From an uncultured Candidatus Sumerlaeota bacterium (GTDB taxonomy: Bacteria; Sumerlaeota; Sumerlaeia; MWCT01; JAGHBZ01), in the NCBI GenBank assembly GCA_964428255.1, contig CAYRXI010000012.1, positions 5,708 to 34,741 on the forward strand: a stretch of 29,034 bases of DNA. Direction: 5' to 3'. Below, piece by piece: positions 1-9,063 of this stretch. The notes under the pieces were generated by a model. It ran no database searches. It had not been told where the DNA came from and was given only the letters and a program-made list of their open reading frames with translations. A program made the position numbers and the translations under genes. Positions within the stretch are counted from its first letter, which is position 1, and each line of letters opens with the position of its first letter.

Positions 1-276
1 CACAGAATCCATATACGCAGTGGCAATACCTGTCACTAAATTGGTAGCACCGGGACCGGAAGTTGCCATACACACGCCTACCTTACCACTGGCGCGAGCA
101 TAGCCATCTGCAGCATGCGCTGCAGCTTGCTCATGTCTTACCAGATAAAATTTTATCGGGGAGCGGTCAAGGACATCAAACACATCTAAAATCGCTCCGC
201 CTGGAAAACCAAAGATCACTTCCACGCCTTCTCGTTGCAGTACATCAATTACTATTTGTGCGCCTGTCATCTTCAT
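1..276 (-). CDS. ilvB: Acetolactate synthase large subunit, N-terminal 92 codons (gene continues off the left edge)
   Basis: Not in the ORF track. Hand translation of the minus strand from ATG at 276 gives [34 protein letters not shown]...[48 protein letters not shown], the canonical AHAS/TPP-enzyme N-terminal domain. Confidence 0.95.
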   Translation of the reverse strand, partial: MKMTGAQIVIDVLQREGVEVIFGFPGGAILDVFDVLDRSPIKFYLVRHEQAAAHAADGYARASGKVGVCMATSGPGATNLVTGIATAYMDSV

Positions 277-481
277 TTTTCAGCCTTTATAAGAGAAAAG
301 TGTTAATACAATCTTAATTAAAGGCCGTTTTAATCCGCAAGGAAAATGTAAGCCACAAACAATGAGCAGTTAGAGGGTAAAAATAATAAGGTTCAGATTC
401 AGCGAACAGTGAGTAGAGTTTCTGATTGAGGTTGAAGTTACTGAGACCTGCCAGACATAATTATATTTTAAGGTAGCTGAT

Positions 482-1153
482 ATGTTGCAGATTAAAAATC
501 TGGGTATACTGGAGTATACACACTGGCTAAATCTTCTGGAACAATATTGTCAGGAGCGCGCCCTGAACAAAAACGGCGATACTCTATTTCTTCTGGAACA
601 CTCTCCTGTGTTCACAATCGGCAGAAGTACTGATCTTGCAAATGACTTCCCTGAAGAATACTATAAAGCAGAGTCTCAATTACGCGGAATACCGGTGGTG
701 AAAGTCGGACGTGGGGGGGGAGCAATGGTGCATAATCCCGGGCAGCTGGTAGGGTATCCGGTGGTGAAATTAACGCCCAATAGACTAAACTTACGAACAC
801 TGATCTGGCTGCTGGAGGAGACAATAATTCAAGTGCTATCGCAATTTGATATTAAAGCCTTTCGTAAACCGAACATTCATCCTGGTATCTGGACTGACAA
901 CGGCAAAATAGGGTTTATTGGTGTGGCAGTGCGACAGGGTATACTTCTGCACGGTTTTGCTGTAAATGTGAATAATGACCTTGAACCATTTAACTGGATT
1001 GCACCATGTGGCTTAAAATCCTCTCCCGTAACTTCAGTGAGCAATTGTCTCCATCAGAAAATTGATATGATAAGTTTCAGACAGACAACTGGTGAAATCT
1101 TTTCTGGATTATGGCAAGAGGCTGTTTTATCTGCTACAAGTTCTTGTTTGTAG
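482..1153 (+). CDS. lipB: Octanoyltransferase (lipoate-protein ligase B)
   Basis: Motifs LLEHSPVFTIGR, RGGGAMVHNPGQLVGYP, GKIGFIG (conserved Lys), HGFAVNV and IAPCGL (catalytic Cys); lies next to lipA. Confidence 0.93.
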   Translation: MLQIKNLGILEYTHWLNLLEQYCQERALNKNGDTLFLLEHSPVFTIGRSTDLANDFPEEYYKAESQLRGIPVVKVGRGGGAMVHNPGQLVGYPVVKLTPNRLNLRTLIWLLEETIIQVLSQFDIKAFRKPNIHPGIWTDNGKIGFIGVAVRQGILLHGFAVNVNNDLEPFNWIAPCGLKSSPVTSVSNCLHQKIDMISFRQTTGEIFSGLWQEAVLSATSSCL

Positions 1154-1256
1154 CGGAGAAATATGGTCCAGACCAGAGGGATTTCTGTTTAATCTTAATG
1201 ACGGATGTAAAAATTCGCTTTTAAAAATAAACATGCAATTTTGGCATAAATGAGAA

Positions 1257-2153
1257 ATGACAAACTTTCCACAGCATATCAGAAAAAAACTGTTATACAC
1301 CAGCGGGAAACTAAATAAGGTAAAAGATATTCTTCGTCGCTATGCGCTACATACAGTTTGTGAAAGTGCACGGTGTCCTAACAGGGCAGAATGTTTTCAT
1401 TCTGGTGTTGCCACCTTTTTGATTCTCGGAGATAGTTGTACTCGCCGGTGCAAATTCTGCGGAGTTAACAAGGGAATGCCCTCACCTGTGGACGAAACCG
1501 AAGCTGAGCGCGTAGCTCTGGCTGCAAGAGAGCTGGGTTTACAGCATATTGTCATTACTTCAGTAACTCGTGATGATCTGGAAGATGGGGGCGCGAGGGA
1601 ATTTGCACGCGCCATTCGTGCTATCCGCCGTCATCTACCAGATGCGACAGTGGAAGTCTTAACCCCGGATTTTAAAGGTTCAATCACAGCACTTCAATCG
1701 GTGCTGAGCGAAAAACCCGAGGTATTTAATCATAATCTGGAAACTGTACCGCGTCTGACACCGGAAATTCGTCCGCAGGCTGATTATCAACGCAGTCTTT
1801 GGGTGTTGCAAAAAGTGAAAGAAGTGGGAGATGGTGCCATTATAACCAAGTCTGGAATTATGGTCGGTATAGGCGAAACTGTAGATGAAGTACTTGCGGT
1901 TATGCGCGATCTACGTGCGGTAAACTGCGATGTATTGACAATTGGTCAATATATCCAGCCGGGCGCCTCACAAATTGCAGTGAAAGAATTTATCTCTCCC
2001 GAACAATTTCTTTATTATCGCAGGGAAGGATTGCAGATGGGGTTCAAAGCTGTGCTGGCAGATACATTTGTGCGGTCGTCATTTCAAAGCGGCGCCATTG
2101 TGCAACAACTTAGAAAAAGAGTTGACGCCATACCCTTATCATCTGCCATATAA
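1257..2153 (+). CDS. lipA: Lipoyl synthase (radical SAM)
   Basis: CX4CX5C (CESARCPNRAEC), CX3CX2C (CTRRCKFC), ITSVTRDDL, HNLETV, KSGIMVGIGE, TIGQY and C-terminal VRSSF. Confidence 0.97.
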   Translation: MTNFPQHIRKKLLYTSGKLNKVKDILRRYALHTVCESARCPNRAECFHSGVATFLILGDSCTRRCKFCGVNKGMPSPVDETEAERVALAARELGLQHIVITSVTRDDLEDGGAREFARAIRAIRRHLPDATVEVLTPDFKGSITALQSVLSEKPEVFNHNLETVPRLTPEIRPQADYQRSLWVLQKVKEVGDGAIITKSGIMVGIGETVDEVLAVMRDLRAVNCDVLTIGQYIQPGASQIAVKEFISPEQFLYYRREGLQMGFKAVLADTFVRSSFQSGAIVQQLRKRVDAIPLSSAI

Positions 2154-2205
2154 TAATATCATAACTTTCATATCCTAAAAAGAAAGGAGGCTGTTCAACA
2201 CATCT

Positions 2206-2454
2206 ATGTTACATGAACTTAGATTTAGCAGTGAAGATGGAGAATATCGCCGGGGAGTAGTTCAATTCTGGCATATTGATGAGAATGATGAGGTTGAAGA
2301 GGGCGATGACCTGATTGATGTGGAGACTGACGATGAATCCATATTAACCTTAAAAGCACCGGTAACCGGCAGAGTAAAACAGATATTTGTTGAGGAAGGC
2401 GATGTGGTGGAGGATGGCAGTTTACTGGCAATAATTGAAGAAAGCGAGGAATAA
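2206..2454 (+). CDS. Stand-alone biotinyl/lipoyl-fold protein, highly acidic, acceptor Lys absent
   Basis: Pattern W..DENDEVEEGDDLIDVETD...APVTGRVKQIFVEEGDVVEDGSLLAII matches lipoyl domains; strong SD AGGAGG upstream; VETDDES replaces the VETDKA motif. Confidence 0.85.
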   Translation: MLHELRFSSEDGEYRRGVVQFWHIDENDEVEEGDDLIDVETDDESILTLKAPVTGRVKQIFVEEGDVVEDGSLLAIIEESEE

Positions 2455-2456
2455 TA

Positions 2457-3383
2457 ATGTCAACCACATTAATAGTGGGCTCAGTCAACCGGGCATTAGG
2501 TGGCTCCGCCACTTACGCCGCAATAGCAGCTTCTTATTTTTCTCCCACGGTGCGCCTGGTAGGCATAGTGGGACGTGATTTTGGTCTCAAAAATATAAAC
2601 ATTTTCAAGCGGCGGGGCATTGATGTGGCTGGCTTAACTATTTCTGAACAGGGCGACACGTTCCATTGGCAGGGTGTTTATGAAGATGATATGAATCAGG
2701 CACACACTATCTCAACCTGCGTTAATGTGTTTGCTGATTTTCAACCACAGCTTCCGGAAGAATATCGTGATAGCAAATTTGTGTTTCTGGCAAATATTGA
2801 CCCTGAGCTGCAGAGCCACGTGATGAAACAAATGAAACATTCGGCACTGGTAATTTGTGATACGATGAATTACTGGATTAGTTGCAAACGCCAGGAATTA
2901 CTTCAGGTTCTCCGCAAGGCAGATGTTATTCTGCTAAATGAAGCTGAATTACGCCAGCTGGCTGAAGAGGAAAATCTCTGTCGTGCTGTACAGAAGTTTC
3001 TGCGCCTGAGAAAAGCCCGCTGGCTCATTGTGAAAAAGGGAGTACATGGCGCAGTAGTTTATAGCCACACTGACCAGTTTATAGTCCCGGCTTATCCGAC
3101 CCTTAAGGTCAAAGACCCGACAGGAGCTGGAGACACGTTTGCTGGCGGCTTCGTCAGCTGGGTAGCCTATCGCAATCGTGTGGATAGTGAAACTATTCGT
3201 CAGGCAGCAATTATCGGCTCGGCTCTGGCTTCATTTACAATAGAGGACTTCAGCATTCGCAGACTGTATCGTCTTAACTTAGAAAGTATCAGTGAACGGG
3301 TAGATTTTCTGCTGCGGATGCTTGAATGTCCGCCCATTAAATTTACGGATAAAATGCTGAGGGTACCACAGCGCAAATTATGA
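2457..3383 (+). CDS. PfkB/ribokinase-family kinase (ribokinase group C-like), with an apparent ~12-aa N-terminal deletion
   Basis: ALGGSATY, VRLVGIVG, DTMNYWI, and the PfkB signature DPTGAGDTFAGG; SD-like GAGGA upstream; start follows the previous stop after 2 nt. Confidence 0.88.
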   Translation: MSTTLIVGSVNRALGGSATYAAIAASYFSPTVRLVGIVGRDFGLKNINIFKRRGIDVAGLTISEQGDTFHWQGVYEDDMNQAHTISTCVNVFADFQPQLPEEYRDSKFVFLANIDPELQSHVMKQMKHSALVICDTMNYWISCKRQELLQVLRKADVILLNEAELRQLAEEENLCRAVQKFLRLRKARWLIVKKGVHGAVVYSHTDQFIVPAYPTLKVKDPTGAGDTFAGGFVSWVAYRNRVDSETIRQAAIIGSALASFTIEDFSIRRLYRLNLESISERVDFLLRMLECPPIKFTDKMLRVPQRKL

Positions 3384-4705
3384 AACCAGAAATAAAAGTT
3401 GGCTTAATTGGCTGGGGAAATATTGGCACGGCAGTTGTGCAATATTTTATGGAACACGGTGAATTAATAAATCACCGTGCTGGCTGTAAGGTCACCATTG
3501 CTGGAATTGCGGATATTGACCTGGAACGTCCACGTGCTGTATCTGTAGACCTCGCTATATTAACTCGTGATGCAGAGAGTCTGGTTAATGCCTCCGAGCT
3601 GGATATAATTGTAGAATTAATCGGAGGAATAGAGCCGGCTCGGACATATATTGACCAGGCTTTACGCAACAAGAAACAGGTAGTTACGGCAAACAAGGCG
3701 TTGCTGGCTGAATATGGTCCTGAATTATTAGCTCTGGCACGCGAAAATAATTGTCAGTTGCGCTTTGAAGCAAGCGTCGGAGCTGGTATTCCAATTATTC
3801 GTGTTATTCAACAAGCATTGACTGCCAATCATCTGGTAGCGATTTACGGCATTATCAATGGGACCTCTAATTACATCTTAACTGCGATGGCGCAGGAAAA
3901 AAAGGAGTTCTCCGTCGCGCTGGCTGACGCCCAGCAACGCGGTTATGCTGAACCTGACCCGAGCTTTGACATAGAAGGTATTGATACCGCGCACAAAATC
4001 GCCATTCTCGCCTCTCTGGCTTTTAATCAAGACATTCGGGTTAAAGATGTTTATGTAGAGGGTATCACTCATATTGAACAAATTGACATTAAATATGCTG
4101 ACGAATTGGGCTACGTGATAAAACTACTCGGGATTGCCAGACTGTACGAGGACAAACGGGTTTCAGTCTATGTGTATCCAACTCTCGTTCCTGACGATTC
4201 TCTGCTGGCATCGGTAAATGGTGTCTATAATGGAATTATGATTGAAGGCGTGCCAGTAGGCAAACAATTATATTATGGAGAAGGTGCGGGCAGAGGTTCA
4301 ACCACCAGTGCCGTTATTGGTGACATCATCAGTATTGCGCGCTGGCTTACTTTACCCAAAGGTCCTCAGCAATTCCTTCCGCTGTCTGAAGCTGAGGTGC
4401 CAAACATTCAAATCGGAAATAAGAACGTTAAACCGATAGAGGAACTGGAGACGCCATATTACTTCCGCTTCTCTGTGCTGGATAAAATTGGAACTATGGC
4501 ACGGCTGAGCAAAATTCTGGCTGACAATAATATCAGCATTGCTTCAATGATTCAGAAAACGATAAACCCGATGCAATATGCCACACTTATCATAGTGACC
4601 CATCGCGCTAGAGAATCCGCCGTGCGCCAGGCAGTTAAGGAGATAATCAAGCTGGACATCTGTGAGAAACCGCCACTGATGCTGAGGGTTCTGGAATCTA
4701 CGTGA
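3380..4705 (+). CDS. hom: Homoserine dehydrogenase with C-terminal ACT domain
   Basis: Rossmann GWGNIG, VVTANKA, FEASVGAGIP, INGTSNYIL, GYAEPDPSFDIEGIDTAHK, GAG..T.SAV..D; ACT-like tail (DKIGTMARLSKILADNNISIASM); ATGA overlap with the upstream gene. Confidence 0.96.
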   Translation: MKPEIKVGLIGWGNIGTAVVQYFMEHGELINHRAGCKVTIAGIADIDLERPRAVSVDLAILTRDAESLVNASELDIIVELIGGIEPARTYIDQALRNKKQVVTANKALLAEYGPELLALARENNCQLRFEASVGAGIPIIRVIQQALTANHLVAIYGIINGTSNYILTAMAQEKKEFSVALADAQQRGYAEPDPSFDIEGIDTAHKIAILASLAFNQDIRVKDVYVEGITHIEQIDIKYADELGYVIKLLGIARLYEDKRVSVYVYPTLVPDDSLLASVNGVYNGIMIEGVPVGKQLYYGEGAGRGSTTSAVIGDIISIARWLTLPKGPQQFLPLSEAEVPNIQIGNKNVKPIEELETPYYFRFSVLDKIGTMARLSKILADNNISIASMIQKTINPMQYATLIIVTHRARESAVRQAVKEIIKLDICEKPPLMLRVLEST

Positions 4706-4717
4706 AATGCTACGAAT

Positions 4718-5968
4718 ATGACAAATAATTTTACTGAAATACAAAGTGCAATTTCCCCGGTCACCAACCCTGTGGTTAATGATTTTCTGGCTTCGCTGGA
4801 TAGTTGCTGTCTACAACCAACCGCCCTAGCTCGTCCTACTCACTATTCCATCTCCGTCTCGGTCGTCTGTGATATAAAATGTCCTTATTGTGCACGGCAG
4901 ACCTATACGGAGCTGGTAGAAAGTGGCTTGATGAAATTAGAACAATTCAAACAGTTAGCGGAGGATTTGAAATTTGCGCGATTGGTTGCACTTTATGGCT
5001 TGGGTGAGCCATTATTACATCCGCAATTCTTTGAGTTTGTGCGACTGGTAAAAGCTGCCGGTAGCTACGCATCTACCAGCTCGCATGGAATGACTCTCAC
5101 GCCAGAAGTAATTGGGAAGATTCTTGACTCCAGACTGGATGAACTGGAAATCTCTATAGATGCCACAGACCAGAAATTGTTTAATTACTTAAGGCGTGGT
5201 GCGGACTTACCCACCATTATTAAAAATGTGGAGAATCTACAACGGGAGAAACAACGTCATGGCATTAGATTGCCAAAGGTGCAAATTGCCTGTGCCATTT
5301 CTGTGTATAATCTAAAAGAAATTCCCCAAATTGTGCGTCTGGCAAGCCAGCTGCATGCTGATAATGTGGTATTTTCTAATTTAATCGTCTCCTACCCGGC
5401 AGATCAGTATGCCTCTATCTGTCCTTCTGCGACATTTCAACGGGCAATTGACGAAGCGAAAAAATTGGGGCAAAGACTGGGCATCGGCGTGCATTATTTT
5501 TATCAGAAACCGCATCCCTGGCAGTGCGAAATCTTTAACCTTCCCCTTTATACGTCGGATAATGCGGAACCGGTTTTGGGCTATGGCTGTCCGTTAGCCT
5601 ATCGGCATTTCTTTGTTAATCTGAAAGGTTTTGTGACGCCCTGTTGCTACTTTGCCGAATATTTTGGGAATTGCTTTACCGAACCACCAACGAAGATCAT
5701 CAACAACTCTCGCTTTCGCCAGCTACGGCAGGAGTTAATTGAAGGCAATCTTCCGGCATGCTGTGTAGATTGCGGTAGTCTAATGCGAATTACATCTTCA
5801 TATCTGAGACAAAAATTAGCAGAAGCTGAACAGCATCTGGATAAAATATCTAACCAGATTACTGAAAAAGAACTGGCAGAACTAAAAAAGGTGCTGGCAG
5901 ATTATCGCCAGATGGCCAATAAAAGAATTGACCAATATCACTCAGCCACTATGGAGCTTAGAAAATGA
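4718..5968 (+). CDS. Radical SAM enzyme with SPASM/twitch-type C-terminal Cys cluster; function unknown
   Basis: CX3CX2C (CDIKCPYC), GLGEPLLHP, ISIDA, then GCPLAY...VTPCCYF...CCVDC; helical charged C-terminal extension. Confidence 0.88.
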   Translation: MTNNFTEIQSAISPVTNPVVNDFLASLDSCCLQPTALARPTHYSISVSVVCDIKCPYCARQTYTELVESGLMKLEQFKQLAEDLKFARLVALYGLGEPLLHPQFFEFVRLVKAAGSYASTSSHGMTLTPEVIGKILDSRLDELEISIDATDQKLFNYLRRGADLPTIIKNVENLQREKQRHGIRLPKVQIACAISVYNLKEIPQIVRLASQLHADNVVFSNLIVSYPADQYASICPSATFQRAIDEAKKLGQRLGIGVHYFYQKPHPWQCEIFNLPLYTSDNAEPVLGYGCPLAYRHFFVNLKGFVTPCCYFAEYFGNCFTEPPTKIINNSRFRQLRQELIEGNLPACCVDCGSLMRITSSYLRQKLAEAEQHLDKISNQITEKELAELKKVLADYRQMANKRIDQYHSATMELRK

Positions 5969-6411
5969 AATCTTTAATTAAACTCTTACAGATTGGTTTA
6001 TTAGTATTGCTGGTGGGATGTTCCGCATCACAAATACATCCCCTGACGGACAAAAAATTTCCTGCGAAGCCAGCTACTGAAGAAATTGACCTGTATATGG
6101 GAAAGGTTGAACGTCCACATCTTGAAATCGCCATAATTGACTCACGCTCACTCCCTGGCAGGGAAGATAAAGATAAGCAACTCCAATTAAACGACCTAAA
6201 AAGAATGGCGCGAAAATTAGGGGCTGATGCGGTTCACGACATTCGGTTATTAAATAAGAAAGCCCGGGGTATGGTAATTGACGAGCGAGTGCCTTTTCCC
6301 GCCTGGAAGCAAGGTGAATATAAATTATATTTCCTGCGTGGCACGGCTATTAAATTTATTGCGGACGAGGACCTGGAAACACCCGCAACACGCACGACGA
6401 CTTCGCCTTAA
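5965..6411 (+). CDS. Lipoprotein, YbjQ/UPF0145-like fold
   Basis: Signal II peptide MKSLIKLLQIGLLVLLVGC (lipobox LVGC); LKRMARKLGADAV...RGTAIKF pattern; ATGA overlap with the radical SAM stop. Confidence 0.75.
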   Translation: MKSLIKLLQIGLLVLLVGCSASQIHPLTDKKFPAKPATEEIDLYMGKVERPHLEIAIIDSRSLPGREDKDKQLQLNDLKRMARKLGADAVHDIRLLNKKARGMVIDERVPFPAWKQGEYKLYFLRGTAIKFIADEDLETPATRTTTSP

Positions 6412-6437
6412 TTTCTCTTTCACGGATAAGCTAAGAG

Positions 6438-7347
6438 ATGAGATATACCCCTCTTGGACAACGTGGACCAGTGGTCTCCACCGTAGGTTTCGGTGCCTGG
6501 GCAATTGGAGGGATAAACTGGGGCAAGACAGACGATGAAATATCCAAACGTGCCCTGCATAAAGCCCTTGATCTCGGTGTAACTTTTATTGACACCGCAG
6601 ACGTCTATGGATTTGGTCATTCCGAAGAACTGATTGCGCAGGTATTGAAAGAGCGAGGTGGTACAGGAAATGTCATTATTGCCACTAAAGCAGGAAATGA
6701 CTTTTATAACGTTTCTCCACAAGACGACCGGGGTTACGGACCCATAAAACAGAATTACAATAAAGACTACATCATTTTTGCAGTAGAACAAAGCCTTAAA
6801 CGGCTTCAGATAGATGTCATAGACCTCTTGCAATTGCATAGTGGCGATACCGAGAATTTGCAACGGGATGACCCCTGGGAAGCACTGGAACTTCTGAAAC
6901 GGCAGGGGAAAATCAAATACGCGGGCTGGAGTGTGCAATCCTTTAATTCAGGTTCGGTACAACTTGCTGGAACGCAGTGCAGAACAATCATTATTTCCCC
7001 GTGCGCAAAAATACGGCATAGGTGTTATTATCCGCATCCCACTCCTTTTTGGCTTATTAACCGGAAAATTTAATCGCTCCACCCGTTTCACAGAAGACGA
7101 CCACCGGCGTTTCAATCTTTCTCCGGAAAAACTGGACAAATACCTGCAGCAGTTAGAAACGCTGAAACCACTATTTGAACGTTATCCTGACCAGACAATG
7201 ACCCAGGTGAGTTTACGCTTTTGTCTCTCGCATCCAGCCTGTCACACCGTTATCCCCGGCGCAAAAACTCCCGAACAGGTTATAGAAAATTGTTCTGCTT
7301 CAGACCTCGGTCCAATTCCGCCAGAATATATACCGCCACTAAATTAA
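6438..7347 (+). pseudogene. Aldo/keto reductase split into two frames near 6945 (deletion plus frameshift)
   Basis: The 5' frame has GFGAWAIGG, FIDTADVYGFGHSE, ATKAG, SLKRLQIDVIDLLQLH, GKIKYAGWSV. The 3' frame (+1) resumes IQVRYNLLER, RIPLLFGLLTG, VIPGAK. The usual segment between WSV and IQ.RYN is largely missing. Confidence 0.85.
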
Positions 7348-7391
7348 TAAAGCAACCCGTTGAAAATTGTATAAAACTTTTGCGCTCACCC

Positions 7392-7425
7392 TATTCTGGT
7401 TGATAACCGAGAATAATATTTTTTT
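7392..7425 (+). terminator. Possible intrinsic terminator after the aldo/keto reductase
   Basis: Hairpin TATTCT-GGTT-gat-AACC-g-AGAATA followed by a T-rich tract, in the gap between convergent genes; the stem is AT-rich and weak. Confidence 0.35.
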
Positions 7426-7460
7426 AGCGGATGGTAAGTTTAGCCGTTATTTGAGGATTG

Positions 7461-8894
7461 TTATTCTCCTGAAGATATAGCTTTTAGGGGAATAGTAAAC
7501 GTAAAGGTGGAGCCAGAACCAATTTGACTATGTACCGTAATTTTCCCCCCGTGTGCTTCAACGATTTGCTTCGCTATTGCCAGCCCCAGACCGGTACTTT
7601 TTTCTCCCGCAGTTGGGCGGACACTCGTTTTGGTAAACATATCAAACAACATATCAATTTCTTCGGGTAAAATCCCCGGTCCTTGATCCTGCACTGCTAT
7701 TTCTACATACTCTCCAGCTGTTCGGGCTTTTAACTTAATCGTGGTGCCTGGTTGTGAGAATTTTAACGCATTCGTGAGAAGATTATTAAGTACCTGAGTG
7801 ATACGCTCAGCATCCATTATTACGACTGGCAGAGATGGCTCCAACTCCAGTTCTAAGGAGATGTTCTTCGTCTTTGCGATAATTATGTTCGTCTCGTAAT
7901 ATTCTTTGAGGAATTTAGCCAAATCTACCGACTTCGGCTCAAGTACAAGTCTGCCTGAGGCAATAGCACTTACATCCAGCAGGTCATCAATCAAAGTAAG
8001 CATAGTCTCGCAGGACTTGTTCATTGTTAATAGATATGGACGTTGTGATTCAGGTACATCGCCGACAAATCTTCCCAGAATCAAACCCAGAAAACCCTTG
8101 ATAACCCCGATAGGATGTCTGAGGTCATGAGCCACTATCCCGAGAAATCTATTTTTAATCTGATTAAGCTCTGCCAGCTCCTGATATAGACGTCCTTTTT
8201 CCACAATTAAAGCCAGCTGTGTAGCAATTTTTTGAAAAATCCCCACATGCACATTTTGGTAAGTAGCTGGTTTCATACTGGAGAAAAACATAAAACCGAT
8301 AGGTTTACCTTTGATAATTAAGGGACAGGTGAGGCTGGAGCGTATTCCTTCAGCCACAATACGGCGAGTGGATTCTGAATCTGGATGTTGCCGGAGATAT
8401 TCTTCTAAGTCGTTTAAAATACGGGGTTGCCCGGTTTTTGTGATTGTCTCCAGACTGCTTCCCTTGAGTGGGGCTGAATAGCCGGGAGTAATCAGCATTT
8501 GTGGCGCCATGGAGCGCCCCCAGCGAGTATTCACCATACCGTTATCATCAATTAACGCTAAGCCGATTCGGTCGTATGGTATTATTTGATGAAATGAGTC
8601 ATAAATCAGGTCCAGAATTTCATCCAGCGTGTGCCCAGCATTTATCTCTTCGGTAATTCGCGCCAGGGTTTCGGCTTCATCAAATTTTTGTTTTAATGTT
8701 AATCCGAGTTCTTGAATAGCCTGCCCCAGACGCGCAAGCGTCTCGTCCTCACTCCGCGGTAATTCACCATCAAACTGGAAATTCTTAAGTTTCTCTATTG
8801 CCTTAATATATTCAGCCAGTCCTGTGTCAGTAGAGATGTCCTTTTTTTTGCTATGCCTTGTTATTTTTTTTGATTTCTGGACTTTCTTTAGCAT
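7461..8894 (-). CDS. Soluble sensor histidine kinase (HAMP-like segment - GAF - HisKA - HATPase_c)
   Basis: GAF ([21 protein letters not shown]), H-box VAHDLRHP, N-box [10 protein letters not shown]1 DQGPGI, G2 GLGLAI; no transmembrane segment. Confidence 0.93.
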   Translation of the reverse strand: MLKKVQKSKKITRHSKKKDISTDTGLAEYIKAIEKLKNFQFDGELPRSEDETLARLGQAIQELGLTLKQKFDEAETLARITEEINAGHTLDEILDLIYDSFHQIIPYDRIGLALIDDNGMVNTRWGRSMAPQMLITPGYSAPLKGSSLETITKTGQPRILNDLEEYLRQHPDSESTRRIVAEGIRSSLTCPLIIKGKPIGFMFFSSMKPATYQNVHVGIFQKIATQLALIVEKGRLYQELAELNQIKNRFLGIVAHDLRHPIGVIKGFLGLILGRFVGDVPESQRPYLLTMNKSCETMLTLIDDLLDVSAIASGRLVLEPKSVDLAKFLKEYYETNIIIAKTKNISLELELEPSLPVVIMDAERITQVLNNLLTNALKFSQPGTTIKLKARTAGEYVEIAVQDQGPGILPEEIDMLFDMFTKTSVRPTAGEKSTGLGLAIAKQIVEAHGGKITVHSQIGSGSTFTFTIPLKAISSGE

Positions 8895-8923
8895 TTTAGT
8901 TATCCATTAATACAGACATTTCT

Positions 8924-8953
8924 ATGATACCTTTGAGCCCCATTTAACGTCAA
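8924..8953 (-). promoter_or_regulatory. Sigma70-type promoter for the GAF histidine kinase
   Basis: Minus strand TTGACG-N18-TATCAT, ending about 30 nt upstream of the ATG at 8894. Confidence 0.55.
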
Positions 8954-8991
8954 TGCATTATACCAGGCATTTGTTAATTGCACAAATCAGC

Positions 8992-9021
8992 TTGACCTTC
9001 AAGCCAGCTCACTTATAGACT
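8992..9021 (+). promoter_or_regulatory. Sigma70-type promoter for the TPR gene (divergent from the kinase promoter)
   Basis: TTGACC-N18-TAGACT. Confidence 0.5.
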
Positions 9022-9063
9022 TGTATTTTACTTTTCTACTTGTTGTTAACAAAGGGGAATAAT

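Noticed and set aside
63-317. 84-aa plus-strand ORF in the ORF track
   Set aside because: It is antisense to the real ilvB 5' end (1-276, minus strand) and has no recognisable motifs.
277-481. Possible ilvB attenuator/leader peptide
   Set aside because: The only ATG-initiated minus-strand mini-ORF I found is MSGRSQ, with no Leu/Val/Ile run, and I saw no terminator hairpin.
4718-6411. RiPP biosynthetic cluster around the radical SAM/SPASM enzyme
   Set aside because: No short precursor ORF, RRE/PqqD domain, peptidase or transporter is visible nearby.
6931-7347. Programmed ribosomal frameshift or independent 138-aa gene for the AKR C-terminal half
   Set aside because: There is no convincing slippery site or SD, and a structural segment is missing at the junction, so recoding would not give a full enzyme.
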